Counted from the stretch's first letter, positions 1 to 11,991 are shown. The stretch: DNA of 64,000 nt from Gammaproteobacteria bacterium (GCA_026989495.1 JALSJE010000021.1:17239-81238), one strand, 5' to 3'. The notes: generated from the letters alone by a model not told the origin. Made by a program: numbers and translations.

Positions 1-55
1 GGGCGAGGCTCAGGAGGGCGGCGGCGAGCAGGATGCTGGGGAGCGGATGGCGCAT
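1..55 (-). CDS. N-terminus of a signal-peptide protein (partial, runs off window start)
   Basis: Reverse-strand ATG at about 53-55 preceded by a ccuccu-complement RBS (AGGAGG). Reads MRHPLPSILLAAALLSLA..., a hydrophobic signal-like N-terminus. Only 18 codons are visible. Confidence 0.3.
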   Translation of the reverse strand, partial: MRHPLPSILLAAALLSLA

Positions 56-146
56 GGTGCTTCCTCCTCTGGCCGTGGCGGGCCCGTCTCGCGGGGCCCT
101 GCCGTCGAATATGGGGACCGCCGCGGCCGCGGGCAAGCGCGCCGGC

Positions 147-749
147 TCAGGCGGCCCTGCGGAAGCGGTAGAGGGCGATCTCGGCGAGCAGGTTGGGCAG
201 CAGCCGCATGAGGGCGCTCGAGCGGTGGGCGTGGTCCACCACCGCCCGCTGCAGTATCTCGATGCCCTTGCGCGCGCACAGGGCCTCGAAGTCGCGGATG
301 GTGCAGAGGTGGATGTTGGGCGTGTCGTACCACTGGTAAGGGAGGGTACGCACCACGGGCATGCGCCCCTGCAGGCCGAGCTGCACCCGGCAGCGCCAGT
401 GGCCGAAATTGGGGAAGGTGACGATGCCCTCGCGGCCGACCCGCAGCATCTCGTCGATGAGGCGTGCCGGGTAGCGCACCGCCTGCAGGGTCTGGGTCAT
501 GACGACGTAGTCGAAGGAGCCGGCGTCGAAGTCGGACAGGCCCGCGTCCAGGTCCGTCTGGATGACGTTGACGCCCGCGCGGATGCAGGCCTCCACGTTG
601 TCCGGGTCGATCTCGATGCCGTAGCCCGTGACCTGGCGGGTCTCGCGCAGGTGGGCGAGCAGCGTGCCGTCGCCGCAGCCGAGGTCCAGCACGCGCGCCC
701 CGGGCCGGATCCAGCCCGAGATGATCTCGAGGTCGGGGCGCAGCGTCAT
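147..749 (-). CDS. metW: methionine biosynthesis protein MetW
   Basis: 200 aa inside ORF 147..1664. [14 protein letters not shown]...GCGDG...IEID fits the MetW methyltransferase-like family. Its start overlaps the metX stop (ATGA). The longer ORF upstream of it is a GC-rich extension. Confidence 0.85.
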   Translation of the reverse strand: MTLRPDLEIISGWIRPGARVLDLGCGDGTLLAHLRETRQVTGYGIEIDPDNVEACIRAGVNVIQTDLDAGLSDFDAGSFDYVVMTQTLQAVRYPARLIDEMLRVGREGIVTFPNFGHWRCRVQLGLQGRMPVVRTLPYQWYDTPNIHLCTIRDFEALCARKGIEILQRAVVDHAHRSSALMRLLPNLLAEIALYRFRRAA

Positions 750-1894
750 GCCCCCACCTCCTCGGCCACCCGCCGCATGTAGGCGCCGAAGGCCGCCACG
801 TAGCGCGGGATCGGCATCAGGAAGGCGTCGTGGCCCTGGTGGGCCTCGATCTCGGCGTAGGTGACGTCGCGGTCGGCATCCAGCAGGGCCTTGACTATCT
901 CGCGCGAGCGCACGGGCGAGAAGCGCCAGTCGCTGGTGAAGGAGATCACGAGGAAGCGCGCGCGCGCGCGGCGGAAGGCCTCGGCGAGGCTGCCGCCATG
1001 GTCGGCCGCCGGGTCGAAGTAGTCGAGCGCCTTGGTCATGAGGAGATAGGTGTTGGCGTCGAAGCGCTCGACGAAGGTGCGCCCCTGATAGCGCAGGTAG
1101 CTCTCCACCTGGAACTCGACGTCGAAGTTGAAGTTGAGCTTGCCCTCGCGCAGCTCGCGCCCGAACTTGGCGCGCATGGCGTCTTCGGAGAGGTAGGTGA
1201 TGTGGCCGAGCATGCGCGCGAGCATGAGGCCGCGCCGGGGCACCACCCCGTGGTCGTAATAGCGGCCCTCGTGGAAGTCGGGGTCGGAGAGGATGGCCTG
1301 TCGCGCCACCTCGTTGAAGGCGATGTTCTGGGCCGAGAGCCGCGGGGCGGCGGCGATCACCACCGCGTGCGCGAGACGTTCGGGGAAGTCGATGGCCCAC
1401 TGCATGGCCTGCATGCCGCCCAGGCTGCCGCCGATGACGGCCGCCCAGCGGGCGATGCCCAGCCGGTCGGCCAGCCGCGCCTGGCTGCGCACCCAGTCGC
1501 GCACGGTGACGATGGGGAAGTCCGGCCCGTAGTGCCTGCCGGTCCTGGGATTGATGGTGTTGGGGCCGGTCGAGCCCTTGCAGCCGCCGAGGTTGTTGCA
1601 GCAGACGACGTGGAAGCGCTCGGTGTCGATGGGCTTGCCCGGACCAATGCAGTTCTCCCACCACCCGGGCTTGCGGTCGTCCATGCTGTGGTAGCCGGCG
1701 GCATGGTGGTCGCCCGAGAGGGCATGGCAGATCAGGACCGCGTTGGAGCGGTCGGCGTTGAGCTCGCCGTAGGTCTCGTAGACGAGGTCGTACTCGTCGA
1801 GCGTGCGTCCGCAGTCGAGCGGCAGGGGCTCGTCGAAGTGCAGCTTCCTGGGCTCGACGAGGCCGACGGAGTCAGCGGGGATCTTCTCGGGCAT
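746..1894 (-). CDS. metX: homoserine O-acyltransferase (MetX, alpha/beta hydrolase)
   Basis: ORF 746..1954, with the likely start at [12 protein letters not shown]. Contains [18 protein letters not shown] and the nucleophile-elbow motifs of the MetX family. Followed directly by metW. Confidence 0.9.
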   Translation of the reverse strand: MPEKIPADSVGLVEPRKLHFDEPLPLDCGRTLDEYDLVYETYGELNADRSNAVLICHALSGDHHAAGYHSMDDRKPGWWENCIGPGKPIDTERFHVVCCNNLGGCKGSTGPNTINPRTGRHYGPDFPIVTVRDWVRSQARLADRLGIARWAAVIGGSLGGMQAMQWAIDFPERLAHAVVIAAAPRLSAQNIAFNEVARQAILSDPDFHEGRYYDHGVVPRRGLMLARMLGHITYLSEDAMRAKFGRELREGKLNFNFDVEFQVESYLRYQGRTFVERFDANTYLLMTKALDYFDPAADHGGSLAEAFRRARARFLVISFTSDWRFSPVRSREIVKALLDADRDVTYAEIEAHQGHDAFLMPIPRYVAAFGAYMRRVAEEVGA

Positions 1895-1984
1895 CGGCCG
1901 CGCGGCGACGTGGCGTGGACGCGGAAGTGTAGCCCCCGCCCCCAGGGTCCGCAAGCGCCAGCCCGGCGCGGAGCCGGGGTGCGC

Positions 1985-3955
1985 TCAGGCGCCCTGGGCG
2001 GGGCCGGTGCCGCGGGCGCTGCCTGCGGCGAGCTCGGCCGGCCCCGGGTAGCCGAGGAGCTTGCGGATGCGGGCGAGCTCGGCGAGCTGGCGCTCGAGCC
2101 CGGCGCACTGGCGCTCGAGCTCGGCAATGCGCGCCTCCACGGTCTCGCGCGACTCGCTGATCCGGCGCAGGCTCTCGAGGCGCTTCTCCATGAGGCGCTT
2201 GCGCTCCTTGATCTGGCGCGCGAGCGGGCCCAGCACCCCCTTGAGCCAGTCCTCGGTCTCCTGGTTGGCGCGGAAGAAGACGTTGCGCGCCTGGCTGACC
2301 AGGGAGATGAAGAACTTGCGGATGACGAAGCTCTGCTCGGTCATGGTGGTGACGGGGCTGCGGCGGAAGGCCTCGGCCTCCTCGTGCAGGCGCCGCAGCT
2401 CCTGGGCATAGGCGCCCATGTCGAGCAGGCGCGGCGTGAGCGGCGGCAGGCCGTGCTCGCGGTGGAACTTGCGGAAGACGGCCTCGACCAGGCTGCGCGT
2501 CTCGGCCGCGCGCGCCTCGGCCTCGCCCATGGCCTCGAGCAGGCCGTCGAAGAGGGCCTTCATGGCGCGCTTCAGCCCGGGCGTGGTCCAGCTCTTGGCC
2601 ATCTCCACGCGCGCGGTGTGGATGCGCCTGTCGATGCGGTCGAGGCTGAGGGCGGCGAGCAGGTCGCGGGCCTGCTTGGCGAGCAGCCGCTTGCTGGACT
2701 GGTAGCTCTGCAGGTGGCGCAGGTAGGTGGCCTGCTCGGCGCGGGCCTTGCGCAGCAGGTCCTCGAGCACGGCGACGTTCTTGCCGCTGAGGCTGCGCAG
2801 CTCGTTGAGCTGGGCGCGCGCCTGCTCGAGCCTGCCCCCCACCACGCTGCGGGCGTTGTCGATCTGGTCGCCGACGCCGCGGTGCACTGCCTCTTGCAGG
2901 ATGACGCGCTTGCGCGCGAGCACCACCTCGGCGAAGTGGCGCTCCAGCGCACGCAGGCGGCTGCGGGCGAGCAGCGGCTCGTCGCCGCGCACCTTCGCCA
3001 CCAGGCCCTTCTGGGCCGAGACCGGGAACACCTGCGCCGGATCCACGCCCAGGATCCCGGCCACCTCCCGGCGCTGGCGCTCGATGGCGGCCTCGATCTC
3101 ATCGCGCCCGCTGAGCTCGTCCCAAAGGGTGTCGATCTTGTTGAGCACCACGACGACGCCCTGCTCGCCCCGACGGGCGAGGCGGGCCACGTGCTCGTTC
3201 CACATCTCCAGGTCGGAGCGGGTCACGCCCGTGTCGGCCCCCACCACGAACAGCACCGCCTGCGCGGCGGGCAGCGCGTTCAGCGTGAGCTCCGGCTCGG
3301 CGCCGATGGCGTTGAGGCCGGGCGTGTCCAGGATGGCGAGCCCCCGGCGCAGCAGGGGATGGGGGAAGCTGATGAGCGCGTGGCGCCACTTGGGGATCTC
3401 CACCTCCGCCTCCGCGGCGGCATCCTCGGGCGTGAGCCCCAGCGCACGCGCCTGCGCCGCCGGCACGCGCTTGGTGCGCACCACCTCCGCCAGGGTCTCG
3501 GCCATGGCGTCCGGATCGGCGGGGTCGAGGTAGAGGGTGACCCAATGGATGGGATCGCGCTTGTACTCGGAGACCGGGATGTCGGTGCGGCGCGTCTCGA
3601 TGGGCAGCAGCCGCACGTAGGGCCGCTCCACCTCGGGGTCATGGAAGATCTCGGTCGGGCACATGGTGGTGCGGCCCGCCTGCGAGGGCAGCAGCCGCCG
3701 GCCGTGCCCGGAGAAGAAGATGGCGTTGATGAGCTCGGTCTTGCCGCGGGAGAACTCGGCCACGAAGGCCACGGTCAGGCGGTCGTGGCGCAGGGCCTCG
3801 AGCGTCTCGTACAGGCGCAGGTCGTCCTCGGCCGTGGCCTCGCCGAAGTCTTCCAGCCAGGCCTGGAAGGCCTGCAGCCCCTCGAGCAGGGACGCGCGCG
3901 AGGCCGCGTAGGCCTCGAGCTCGCGCTCCAGCGCCGGATCCTCCCGTCCCGCCAT
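1985..3955 (-). CDS. dynamin-family large GTPase (bacterial dynamin-like protein)
   Basis: 656 aa. P-loop is FSRGKTELINAI, with LDTPGLNA (G3) and VLNKID (G4) motifs, followed by a long coiled-coil C-terminal half. This is the domain order of BDLP/LeoA/IniA-type proteins. Confidence 0.75.
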   Translation of the reverse strand: MAGREDPALERELEAYAASRASLLEGLQAFQAWLEDFGEATAEDDLRLYETLEALRHDRLTVAFVAEFSRGKTELINAIFFSGHGRRLLPSQAGRTTMCPTEIFHDPEVERPYVRLLPIETRRTDIPVSEYKRDPIHWVTLYLDPADPDAMAETLAEVVRTKRVPAAQARALGLTPEDAAAEAEVEIPKWRHALISFPHPLLRRGLAILDTPGLNAIGAEPELTLNALPAAQAVLFVVGADTGVTRSDLEMWNEHVARLARRGEQGVVVVLNKIDTLWDELSGRDEIEAAIERQRREVAGILGVDPAQVFPVSAQKGLVAKVRGDEPLLARSRLRALERHFAEVVLARKRVILQEAVHRGVGDQIDNARSVVGGRLEQARAQLNELRSLSGKNVAVLEDLLRKARAEQATYLRHLQSYQSSKRLLAKQARDLLAALSLDRIDRRIHTARVEMAKSWTTPGLKRAMKALFDGLLEAMGEAEARAAETRSLVEAVFRKFHREHGLPPLTPRLLDMGAYAQELRRLHEEAEAFRRSPVTTMTEQSFVIRKFFISLVSQARNVFFRANQETEDWLKGVLGPLARQIKERKRLMEKRLESLRRISESRETVEARIAELERQCAGLERQLAELARIRKLLGYPGPAELAAGSARGTGPAQGA

Positions 3956-4019
3956 CCGCTCTCTCCTGTTCGCTCCGTTCCAGCCTAGGGGCCATGGGCC
4001 ACCGGGGCCATGACGGGGT

Positions 4020-4331
4020 TCACGCCTCGCCCGTGTCCGCTTCGGGCCGCGGCAGCCGTCGCGGTCGCGCCACGCGCACCGTCTTGTCCCGGCCGCCGGC
4101 GCCGCGCACCACGCTCACCCGCGAGGGAGGCACCCCGCAGGCGGCCGCCAGCACCTGCGCCAGGGCGCGGTTGGCGCGGCCCTCGATCGGCGGGGCCGTC
4201 ACCCGCACCAGCAGGCGGCCGGCGCGCACGCCCGAGAGGCCCTCGCGCCGGGCCCGGGGCTGCAACCGCACCTCGAGCAGGAGGTCGTCGCCGTCCCGGC
4301 GGCACCAGCCGCCCGTCGAGGGGCCCGCCAT
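4020..4331 (-). CDS. yggU: DUF167/YggU family protein
   Basis: 103 aa tail of ORF 4020..4907 (VRVTAPPIEGRANRAL...VSVVRGAGGRDKTVRV). Its start overlaps the yggT stop (ATGA). Confidence 0.7.
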   Translation of the reverse strand: MAGPSTGGWCRRDGDDLLLEVRLQPRARREGLSGVRAGRLLVRVTAPPIEGRANRALAQVLAAACGVPPSRVSVVRGAGGRDKTVRVARPRRLPRPEADTGEA

Positions 4332-4897
4332 CAGCCGAGCAGCCGCCCCCAGTCGGCAAGCCGTTGCACCACGAGGATTTGCGCAAGCTGCAGCACGATC
4401 AAGGCAGCGAGCGGCGAGAGATCGATCCCGCCGACGGACGGCACCATCCGGCGGAACGGACGGAGCACGGGGGCGTTGAGCTGCATGAGGAGCCAGGCGA
4501 GGGGATGGCCACCGCCGGGGCTGATCCAGCTCAGCACGGCCTCCACGATGATGGTGACGGTGTAGATCTGGATGGCGAAGCCGGCGAGCGCCGCCACGCT
4601 CGCGACGGCGAGGCCCGCCGGCCCGGGGACCCGGCCGGAGAGCAGCCCCAGCAGCACGAGCTCCAGCGCCTGGAGCGCCAGCGCCAGCAGCACCGAGGCC
4701 AGGTCGATGCCCGCCACGCCCGGGACCAGGCGCCGCAGGGGCACCACCGCCGGATTGGTCACACGCACCACCAGGGCGGCCACGGGGTTGCGGAAGTCGG
4801 CGCGTGCCCACTGCAGCATCAGCCGCAGCAGGACGGCCAGGATGTAGAGCCCGAAGGCCACCTGGACGAGGAAGGCCAGCGCCTGCAGCTCGTACAT
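4331..4897 (-). CDS. yggT: YggT family membrane protein
   Basis: 189 aa hydrophobic protein with two YGGT-like repeats (PLRRLVP...GIDLS). Sits at the conserved position downstream of proC. Confidence 0.8.
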   Translation of the reverse strand: MYELQALAFLVQVAFGLYILAVLLRLMLQWARADFRNPVAALVVRVTNPAVVPLRRLVPGVAGIDLASVLLALALQALELVLLGLLSGRVPGPAGLAVASVAALAGFAIQIYTVTIIVEAVLSWISPGGGHPLAWLLMQLNAPVLRPFRRMVPSVGGIDLSPLAALIVLQLAQILVVQRLADWGRLLG

Positions 4898-5727
4898 CAC
4901 CCCTCACTCCCCAGCAGCTCGGCGAGCTCGCGCGAGCGGTCGCGCGCGGCCGAGACGGCCCGATGCACCAGATCGCGGAAGCCGGCCTCCTCGAGCACGG
5001 CCAGCGCCCGCTCGGTGGTGCCGCCGGGCGAGGTCACGCGCGCGCGCAGCGCCGCCGGCGGCTCCTCGCTCTCCAGCGCCATCTTGGCCGCGCCGAAGGC
5101 GGTCTCCAGCGTCAGCAGGCGCGCCTGGGCGGGCTCGAGCCCCAGGGCCTCGCCTGCCGCGGCGAGCGCCTCCATCAGCAGGAAGAAGTAGGCAGGCCCG
5201 CTCCCGCTGAGGGCGGTGACCGCATCCATCAGCGCCTCGTCCTCCAGCCACACGGTGATGCCCACCGCGCGCAGGATGGACTCGGCGCGCTCGCGCTCGG
5301 CCTCTCCGGTGCCCGGGGTGGCGTAGAGGGCCGTAGCCCCGCTCTGCACCAGCGCGGGCGTGTTGGGCATGGCGCGCACCAGAGGGGCGTCGAAGCCCAG
5401 CCAGCGGGCGAGGTCGCGGGTGCGCACCCCCGCCGCCACCGAAAGCACCAGGCTCCCCTGCGCCCGGGCCAACGGGCCCACCTCGCGGGCCGCCGCCGCG
5501 AGCGTCTGGGGCTTGACCGCCAGCACCACCACGGCCGCCCCGCGCGCGGCCTCCGGATTGCCCTCGTGCACCGCAACCTGCCAGCGTGCCTCCAGCGCCG
5601 CGCGCCGCTCCGGGTCCGGGTCGGCCACCCGGATGGCCGCGGGCGGGTAGCCGTCGGCGATGAGGCCGCCGACGAGGCTCGCAGCCATGTTGCCCCCGCC
5701 GATGAAGGCGATGTCCACCGTGTCCAT
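4897..5727 (-). CDS. proC: pyrroline-5-carboxylate reductase
   Basis: Start at MDTVDIAFIGGGNMA (Rossmann fold), with the ...TSPGGTT... P5CR signature. Lies in the yggS-proC-yggT block. Confidence 0.9.
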   Translation of the reverse strand: MDTVDIAFIGGGNMAASLVGGLIADGYPPAAIRVADPDPERRAALEARWQVAVHEGNPEAARGAAVVVLAVKPQTLAAAAREVGPLARAQGSLVLSVAAGVRTRDLARWLGFDAPLVRAMPNTPALVQSGATALYATPGTGEAERERAESILRAVGITVWLEDEALMDAVTALSGSGPAYFFLLMEALAAAGEALGLEPAQARLLTLETAFGAAKMALESEEPPAALRARVTSPGGTTERALAVLEEAGFRDLVHRAVSAARDRSRELAELLGSEG

Positions 5728-5777
5728 CGCGTCCCCCTCGGGTGCGGAAGGAGCCCCAGTATAGGGCACGCGGCGAG

Positions 5778-6527
5778 CTAGCCTGACGGCGGCGCGCGCC
5801 GCCGGAGCGGACGCGGGCCGAAGATCGCCGTCCCCACGCGCACGATGGTGGCGCCCTCGGCCACCGCCGCCTCCAGGTCCGCGCTCATGCCCATGGAGAG
5901 GGTGTCGAGACCCGTGTGCCCCCGGGTGCGCAGGTCCTCGAGCAGCGCCCGCAGCGCGGCGAAGGGGATGCGCTGGCGCCGGGGGTCGCGCTCCGGCGCG
6001 GGGATCGCCATCAGGCCGCGCAGGCGCAGGCGCGAGAGCCCCGCCACCACCTCCGCCAGCGCCGCGGCCTTCTCCGGCGCCACGCCGCGCTTGGAGGCTT
6101 CGCCGCTCACGTTGACCTGGATGCAGACCTCGAGCGGAGCGAGCGCCTCGGGGCGGTGGCGGTGGAGGCGCTCGGCGAGCTCCGGACGGTCCAGACTGTG
6201 AACCCAGTCAAAGTGCGCGGCGATGCGTTTGGCTTTATTGGACTGGATGGGGCCGATGAAATGCCACTCGGCCTCGAGCCCGGACAGGGCCTCGCGCTTG
6301 GCGAGCGCCTCCTGCAGGTAGCTCTCGCCGAAGCGGCGCTGGCCGGCGGCGTGGGCCGCGGCCAGCGCCGCCGGAGGATGGCCCTTGGCGACTGCCAGCA
6401 GCGCCACCGATTCCGGCGCGCGGCCGCAGGCGCGGGCGGCCCGCTCGATGCGCGCGCGCACGGCCCGCAGGCCGGCGGCGACGTCCGGCGCTTCGTTCAC
6501 GACGGGAGGCTCCGGGGTACCGGGCAT
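5778..6527 (-). CDS. yggS: PLP homeostasis protein YggS (alanine-racemase-fold, PLP-binding)
   Basis: C-terminal 249 aa of ORF 5778..7601 (AVAKGHP...HFIGPIQSNK...SMGMSADLEAA). The upstream part of that ORF is antisense to pilT and is rejected. Confidence 0.85.
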   Translation of the reverse strand: MPGTPEPPVVNEAPDVAAGLRAVRARIERAARACGRAPESVALLAVAKGHPPAALAAAHAAGQRRFGESYLQEALAKREALSGLEAEWHFIGPIQSNKAKRIAAHFDWVHSLDRPELAERLHRHRPEALAPLEVCIQVNVSGEASKRGVAPEKAAALAEVVAGLSRLRLRGLMAIPAPERDPRRQRIPFAALRALLEDLRTRGHTGLDTLSMGMSADLEAAVAEGATIVRVGTAIFGPRPLRRRAPPSG

Positions 6528-6605
6528 GGTCGAGGCTATACTGTAGCCGATCGTGGCACCGAAGCGGGGAGAGGCGGGCACGGGCCCGCGCAGACGGGAG
6601 GGGAG

Positions 6606-7643
<1,038 letters not shown>

Positions 7644-7681
7644 GCCCGGCACCGTCACCCGAGGGGGAGGAGGGTCACGCC

Positions 7682-8809
7682 ATGGCCATCGACATGAACG
7701 CGCTCCTCAAGCTGATGGTCCACAAGAAGGCCTCGGACCTCTTCATCACGGCCGGCATGCCGCCCAGCCTGAAGATCCATGGGCGCATCCAGCCTGTCGC
7801 GGAGACGGCGCTCACGCCCGACCAGGCGCGCGAGACGGTGCTGAGCGTCATGAACGAGCGCCAGCGGCGCGAGTTCGAGGAGACCAAGGAGTGCAACTTC
7901 GCCATCAGCGCCTCGGGCGTGGGGCGCTTCCGCGTGAGCGCCTTCGTGCAGCGCAACTACGCAGGGATGGTGCTCAGGCGCATCGAGACCCGCATCCCCA
8001 CCATCGAGGAGCTGCACCTGCCGCCGGTCCTGAAGAACCTGGCCATGACCAAGCGCGGGCTGGTGATCTTCGTCGGCGCCACCGGCACCGGCAAGTCCAC
8101 CTCGCTCGCGGCCATGATCGGCTACCGCAACCAGAACAGCAACGGCCACATCGTCACCATCGAGGACCCGATCGAGTTCGTCCATCAGCACGCCGGCTGC
8201 ATCGTCACCCAGCGCGAGGTGGGCATCGACACCGAGTCCTACGAGGTGGCGCTCAGGAACACCCTGCGCCAGGCCCCGGACGTGATCCTCATCGGCGAGA
8301 TCCGCTCGCGCGAGACCATGGACTACGCCATCCAGTTCGCCGAGACGGGGCACCTCTGCCTGTCGACGCTGCACGCCAACAACGCCAACCAGGCCCTCGA
8401 CCGCATCATCAACTTCTTCCCCGAGGACCGGCGCGACCAGCTCCTCATGGACCTCTCGCTCAACCTCAAGGCCATCGTGGCCCAGCAGCTCATACCCACG
8501 CCCGACGGCAAGGGCCGGCGCGTGGCGGTCGAGGTGCTCATCAACACGCCGCTCGCCGCCGACATGATCCGCAAGGGCGAGATCCACAAGCTCAAGGAGC
8601 TCATGAAGCGCTCGACGCAGCAGGGCATGAAGACCTTCGACCAGGCGCTGTTCGAGCTCTACCAGGCGGGCGAGATCACCTACGAGGACGCTCTCCACCA
8701 CGCCGACTCGGCCAACGAGGTGCGCCTCATGATCAAGCTGGGCAAGCGCGATCCCGAGAGCCTGGCGCAGGCGGCCGAGGGGCTGAGCCTGGTGGATCCC
8801 GACCGCTGA
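7682..8809 (+). CDS. pilU: type IV pilus ATPase PilU
   Basis: 375 aa with GATGTGKST. PilT paralog placed immediately downstream of pilT, as in Pseudomonas. Confidence 0.9.
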   Translation: MAIDMNALLKLMVHKKASDLFITAGMPPSLKIHGRIQPVAETALTPDQARETVLSVMNERQRREFEETKECNFAISASGVGRFRVSAFVQRNYAGMVLRRIETRIPTIEELHLPPVLKNLAMTKRGLVIFVGATGTGKSTSLAAMIGYRNQNSNGHIVTIEDPIEFVHQHAGCIVTQREVGIDTESYEVALRNTLRQAPDVILIGEIRSRETMDYAIQFAETGHLCLSTLHANNANQALDRIINFFPEDRRDQLLMDLSLNLKAIVAQQLIPTPDGKGRRVAVEVLINTPLAADMIRKGEIHKLKELMKRSTQQGMKTFDQALFELYQAGEITYEDALHHADSANEVRLMIKLGKRDPESLAQAAEGLSLVDPDR

Positions 8810-8861
8810 GGCCTCGGGCCGCGTGGAGGCCCCGCCCCCGGTCGGGATGCTCCGGGGCCCC

Positions 8862-9726
8862 TCACCAGACGACCTCGGCGGCGTCGAAGACCGGCCCGTC
8901 CACGCATACGCGGCGCATGGCAAGCCCCTGCGGGGTGCGCACGGGCACCGTGCAGCCGGCGCAGCCGCCCACCCCGCAGGCCATGTGCTCCTCCAGCGCC
9001 ACCTGGCAGGGCAGCCCCTGCTCGGCCGCAAGACGCGCCACCGCCGCCAGCATGGGGTGCGGCCCGCAGGCGTAGAGCTGCACCCCGCGCCGCGCGATCC
9101 CGGGCAGGGTCTCGAGCCAGGCGCGGGCGAGCTCGGTGACGAGCCCGCGGTGGCAGCCCGGGTGGCCGCGCCCGCTCGCGAGCCGTGCCGGCACGCCGGC
9201 CCGCTCGAGACGGGCCAGGCTGCGCTCCGCCTCGGCCGGGACGCCCGGGACCGGCAGCCGCGCGGGGACGAGCTCGAACGGGAAGGGGGCCTCCGAGCCC
9301 AGGAGGGCCACCGGCCGCCACGGCTCGCCCGCCGCCGCGAGCCGCTCGGCGAGGAAGATCACGGGGGGCATGCCCACGCCGCCGCCCAGGAGCAGCGCCC
9401 GGGGACGCGCCGGGTCGGGACGGAAGGGCCGGCCGATGGGCCCGAGCAGGCTGAGGCGCTCACCGGGGCGGCGGGCGGCGAGCCGCGCCGTGCCCAGCCC
9501 CACCACCTTGTAGAGCAGCTCCACGGTGCCCGCGGCCGGGTCGGCGCCCATGAGGGAGAGCGGCCTGCGCATGGGGAGCATCGGGTCGCAGCGCAGGTGC
9601 ACGAACTGCCCGGGCTCGGCGCGGGCGGCGCAGCGCGGCGCGCGCAGCACCAGCACGCGCTGGCCCTCCGGCCAGGCCTCGTGGCGCAGGACCTCGGCCT
9701 CCTCCAGTGCGATCGTACCGGTCACG
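8862..9726 (-). CDS. PyrK-like FAD/NAD(P)-binding oxidoreductase with C-terminal 2Fe-2S cysteine motif
   Basis: About 288 aa. RPLSL (FAD site), LLGGGVGMPP (NAD site) and a C-terminal CGVGGCAGC...C motif as in the dihydroorotate dehydrogenase electron-transfer subunit. Probable GTG start overlapping the pyrC' stop (GTGA). Confidence 0.6.
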
Positions 9727-11014
9727 TGCCCCGGTCCTCGTGGACGATGCGGCCGCCGAGCAGCGTCCAGCGCACCCGCCCCTTCAGGGTCCAGCCGGCG
9801 AAGGGGGTGTTGCGCCCGGCGCTCACCATGCGCGCCGGGTCGAGGCGCCACTCGGCGGCGGGGTCGAAGATGCACACGTCCGCGGACGAGCCCGGGGCGA
9901 GCGTGCCGGCCTCGATGCCGAGGATGGCGGCGGGGCCTGCGGTGAGGCGCTCGATGGCGGCCGGCAGCGTGAGGGTGCCCTCGTCCACCAGCCGCAGCGT
10001 GAGCGGCAGCAGCAGCTCCACCCCCGAGGCCCCCACTTCGGTGGAAGGAAAGGGGGCGAGCTTGGCGTCGGGCTCGTGGGGCTCGTGGTCGGAGCAGACC
10101 GCGCCGATGACGCCGCGGGCGAGCCCCTCGCGCAGGCCCTCGCGGTCGCGCCCGGTGCGGAGCGGCGGGTCGAGGTGGGCCTCGGCGTTGAAGCCGGCGA
10201 GGTCGGCCTCGGTGAGGTGCAGATGCGCCACGGCCACGTCGGCCGTGACCGGCAGCCCGTCGTACTGGGCGCGGGCGATCATGCGCACCGCGCGCGCGGT
10301 CGAGAGCCGCCCGAAGTGGGCGCGCACGCCCGTCTGCTCCACCAGCGCGAGGCAGCGGGCCACCTCGGCGGTCTCGGCCGCGGCCGGGATGCCGGGCAGC
10401 CCCAGGCGCGTGGCCACGGGCCCCTCGTGGGCGCAGCCGCCGTCGCGCAGCCACGCATCCATGGGGTGGATGTGCACGGTGAGCCCGAAGGTGGCGGCGT
10501 ACTCCATGGCGCGGCGCAGGACCAGCGTGTTCGGCACGGGGCGGCGCGCGTTGCCCACGCCCACGCAGCCCGCTTCCGCCAGCGCCGCCATCTCGCTCAG
10601 GCGCTCGCCGTCGAGGCCGCGCGTGAGCGCCCCGAGGCAGACCACGCGCGCGTGGCCCGCGGCCTCGGCCAGCCGCCGCACGAGCTCGGCCACCGCGGGC
10701 GTGTCGAGCACCGGGTCGGTGTCGGGCGGGCAGCAGAGCGTGGTCACCCCGCCGGCGGCGGCCGCGCGCGTCTCGCTCGCCACCGTGCCCTTGTGCTCCT
10801 GGCCCGGCTCGCGCAGGCGCGCGGCCAGATCCACCAGCCCCGGGCACACGACGAGCCCCGTCGCCTCCAGCACGCGGTCGGGCGTGAAGCCCTCGGGGGC
10901 GCGCCCGGCGGCGACGATGCGGCCGTCGGCGATGGCCAGCTCCCCCTCGGCATCGAGGCCGCCCGCCGGGTCGACGATGCGCCCGCCGCGGATGAGGATG
11001 CGCTCGCCGCTCAC
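9722..11014 (-). CDS. pyrC': dihydroorotase-like protein PyrC' (non-catalytic ATCase partner)
   Basis: 430 aa amidohydrolase fold. The N-terminal metal-binding HxH is replaced ([13 protein letters not shown] instead of DxHVHLREPG). GTG start overlaps the pyrB stop. Sits in the pyrR-pyrB-pyrC' arrangement typical of pseudomonads. Confidence 0.8.
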   Translation of the reverse strand: MSGERILIRGGRIVDPAGGLDAEGELAIADGRIVAAGRAPEGFTPDRVLEATGLVVCPGLVDLAARLREPGQEHKGTVASETRAAAAGGVTTLCCPPDTDPVLDTPAVAELVRRLAEAAGHARVVCLGALTRGLDGERLSEMAALAEAGCVGVGNARRPVPNTLVLRRAMEYAATFGLTVHIHPMDAWLRDGGCAHEGPVATRLGLPGIPAAAETAEVARCLALVEQTGVRAHFGRLSTARAVRMIARAQYDGLPVTADVAVAHLHLTEADLAGFNAEAHLDPPLRTGRDREGLREGLARGVIGAVCSDHEPHEPDAKLAPFPSTEVGASGVELLLPLTLRLVDEGTLTLPAAIERLTAGPAAILGIEAGTLAPGSSADVCIFDPAAEWRLDPARMVSAGRNTPFAGWTLKGRVRWTLLGGRIVHEDRGT

Positions 11015-11991
11015 GCCGGCGTGCCCTCCCCGCCGCGGGCGGTCCGCATGGTCATGGAGATGATGGCCATGCGCACCGCGATGCCGTGCTCGACCTGCTC
11101 CAGGATCACCGAGCGCGGCCCGTCGGCCACGCGCGACTCGAGCTCCACCCCGCGGTTGATGGGGCCGGGGTGCATGACGATGGCGTCGGGGCGGGCCCGC
11201 GCCAGCCGCTCCTCGGTGAGGCCGTAGAGGCGGAAGTACTCGTGCTCGCTCGGCAGATGCGCGCCGCGCATGCGCTCCTTCTGCAGGCGCAGCATGATGA
11301 CGACGTCGGCGTCGCGCAGCCCGTCCTCCATGCGGTGGAAGACGTGCACGCCCAGGTCCTCCACGTGCGCCGGCAGCAGCGTGCGCGGGGCCACCACCCG
11401 CACCTCGCCCGTGCCCAGGGCGTTGAGGGCGTGGATCTGCGAGCGCGCCACGCGCGAGTGCAGGATGTCGCCCACGATGGCCACCACCAGGTCCTCGAAA
11501 CGGCCCTTGCGGCGGCGGATGGTGAAGACGTCGAGCAGGGCCTGGGTGGGATGTGCGTGGCGGCCGTCGCCGGCGTTGACCACGCTCACGTGCGGCTGCA
11601 CATGGCGGGCGATGAAGTGGGCCGCGCCGCTGTCGGCGTGGCGCACCACGAACATGTCCACGTGCATGGCCTCGAGGTTGCGCAGGGTATCCAGCAGGGT
11701 TTCGCCCTTGGTCGTGGCCGAGGCGGAGACGTTGATGTTGAGCACGTCGGCCGAGAGGCGCTTGGCCGCGAGCTCGAAGGTGGTGCGCGTGCGCGTGCTG
11801 GCCTCGAAGAACAGGTTGACGACGGTCTTGCCGCGCAGCAGCGGGACCTTCTTCACCGTCTGCTCGGCGACGCCGGCGAAGGACTCGGCCGCATCGAGTA
11901 TCTCTGTGAGCAGGCCGCGCTCCAGGCCCTCGACGGTCAGGAAGTGGCGCAGCCGCCCCTGCTCGTCCACCTGCAGCCGCGCGCCGCTCAT
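11011..11991 (-). CDS. pyrB: aspartate carbamoyltransferase catalytic subunit
   Basis: Start at [13 protein letters not shown] and HPTQ signature motifs are present. Overlaps the pyrR stop (ATGA). Confidence 0.9.
   Translation of the reverse strand: MSGARLQVDEQGRLRHFLTVEGLERGLLTEILDAAESFAGVAEQTVKKVPLLRGKTVVNLFFEASTRTRTTFELAAKRLSADVLNINVSASATTKGETLLDTLRNLEAMHVDMFVVRHADSGAAHFIARHVQPHVSVVNAGDGRHAHPTQALLDVFTIRRRKGRFEDLVVAIVGDILHSRVARSQIHALNALGTGEVRVVAPRTLLPAHVEDLGVHVFHRMEDGLRDADVVIMLRLQKERMRGAHLPSEHEYFRLYGLTEERLARARPDAIVMHPGPINRGVELESRVADGPRSVILEQVEHGIAVRMAIISMTMRTARGGEGTPA

Noticed and set aside
147-1664. 505-aa ORF extending far upstream of metW
   Set aside because: Only the last 200 aa are MetW-like. 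The upstream part overlaps metX in another frame and has low-complexity Arg/Pro composition. The metW ATG overlaps the metX stop.
830-3988. 1052-aa plus-strand ORF and many other very long ORFs (e.g. 8823..11063 +, 9707..11227 +, 20786..23170 −, 23852..29284 −, 38383..40539 −, 50074..52221 −)
   Set aside because: They are antisense to well-supported genes (metX/dynamin, pyr genes, pilJ, chpA, tkt, kefC). They are Arg/Ala/Gly/Pro-rich with no domain signatures. They are the expected stop-codon-poor artefacts of about 70% GC DNA.
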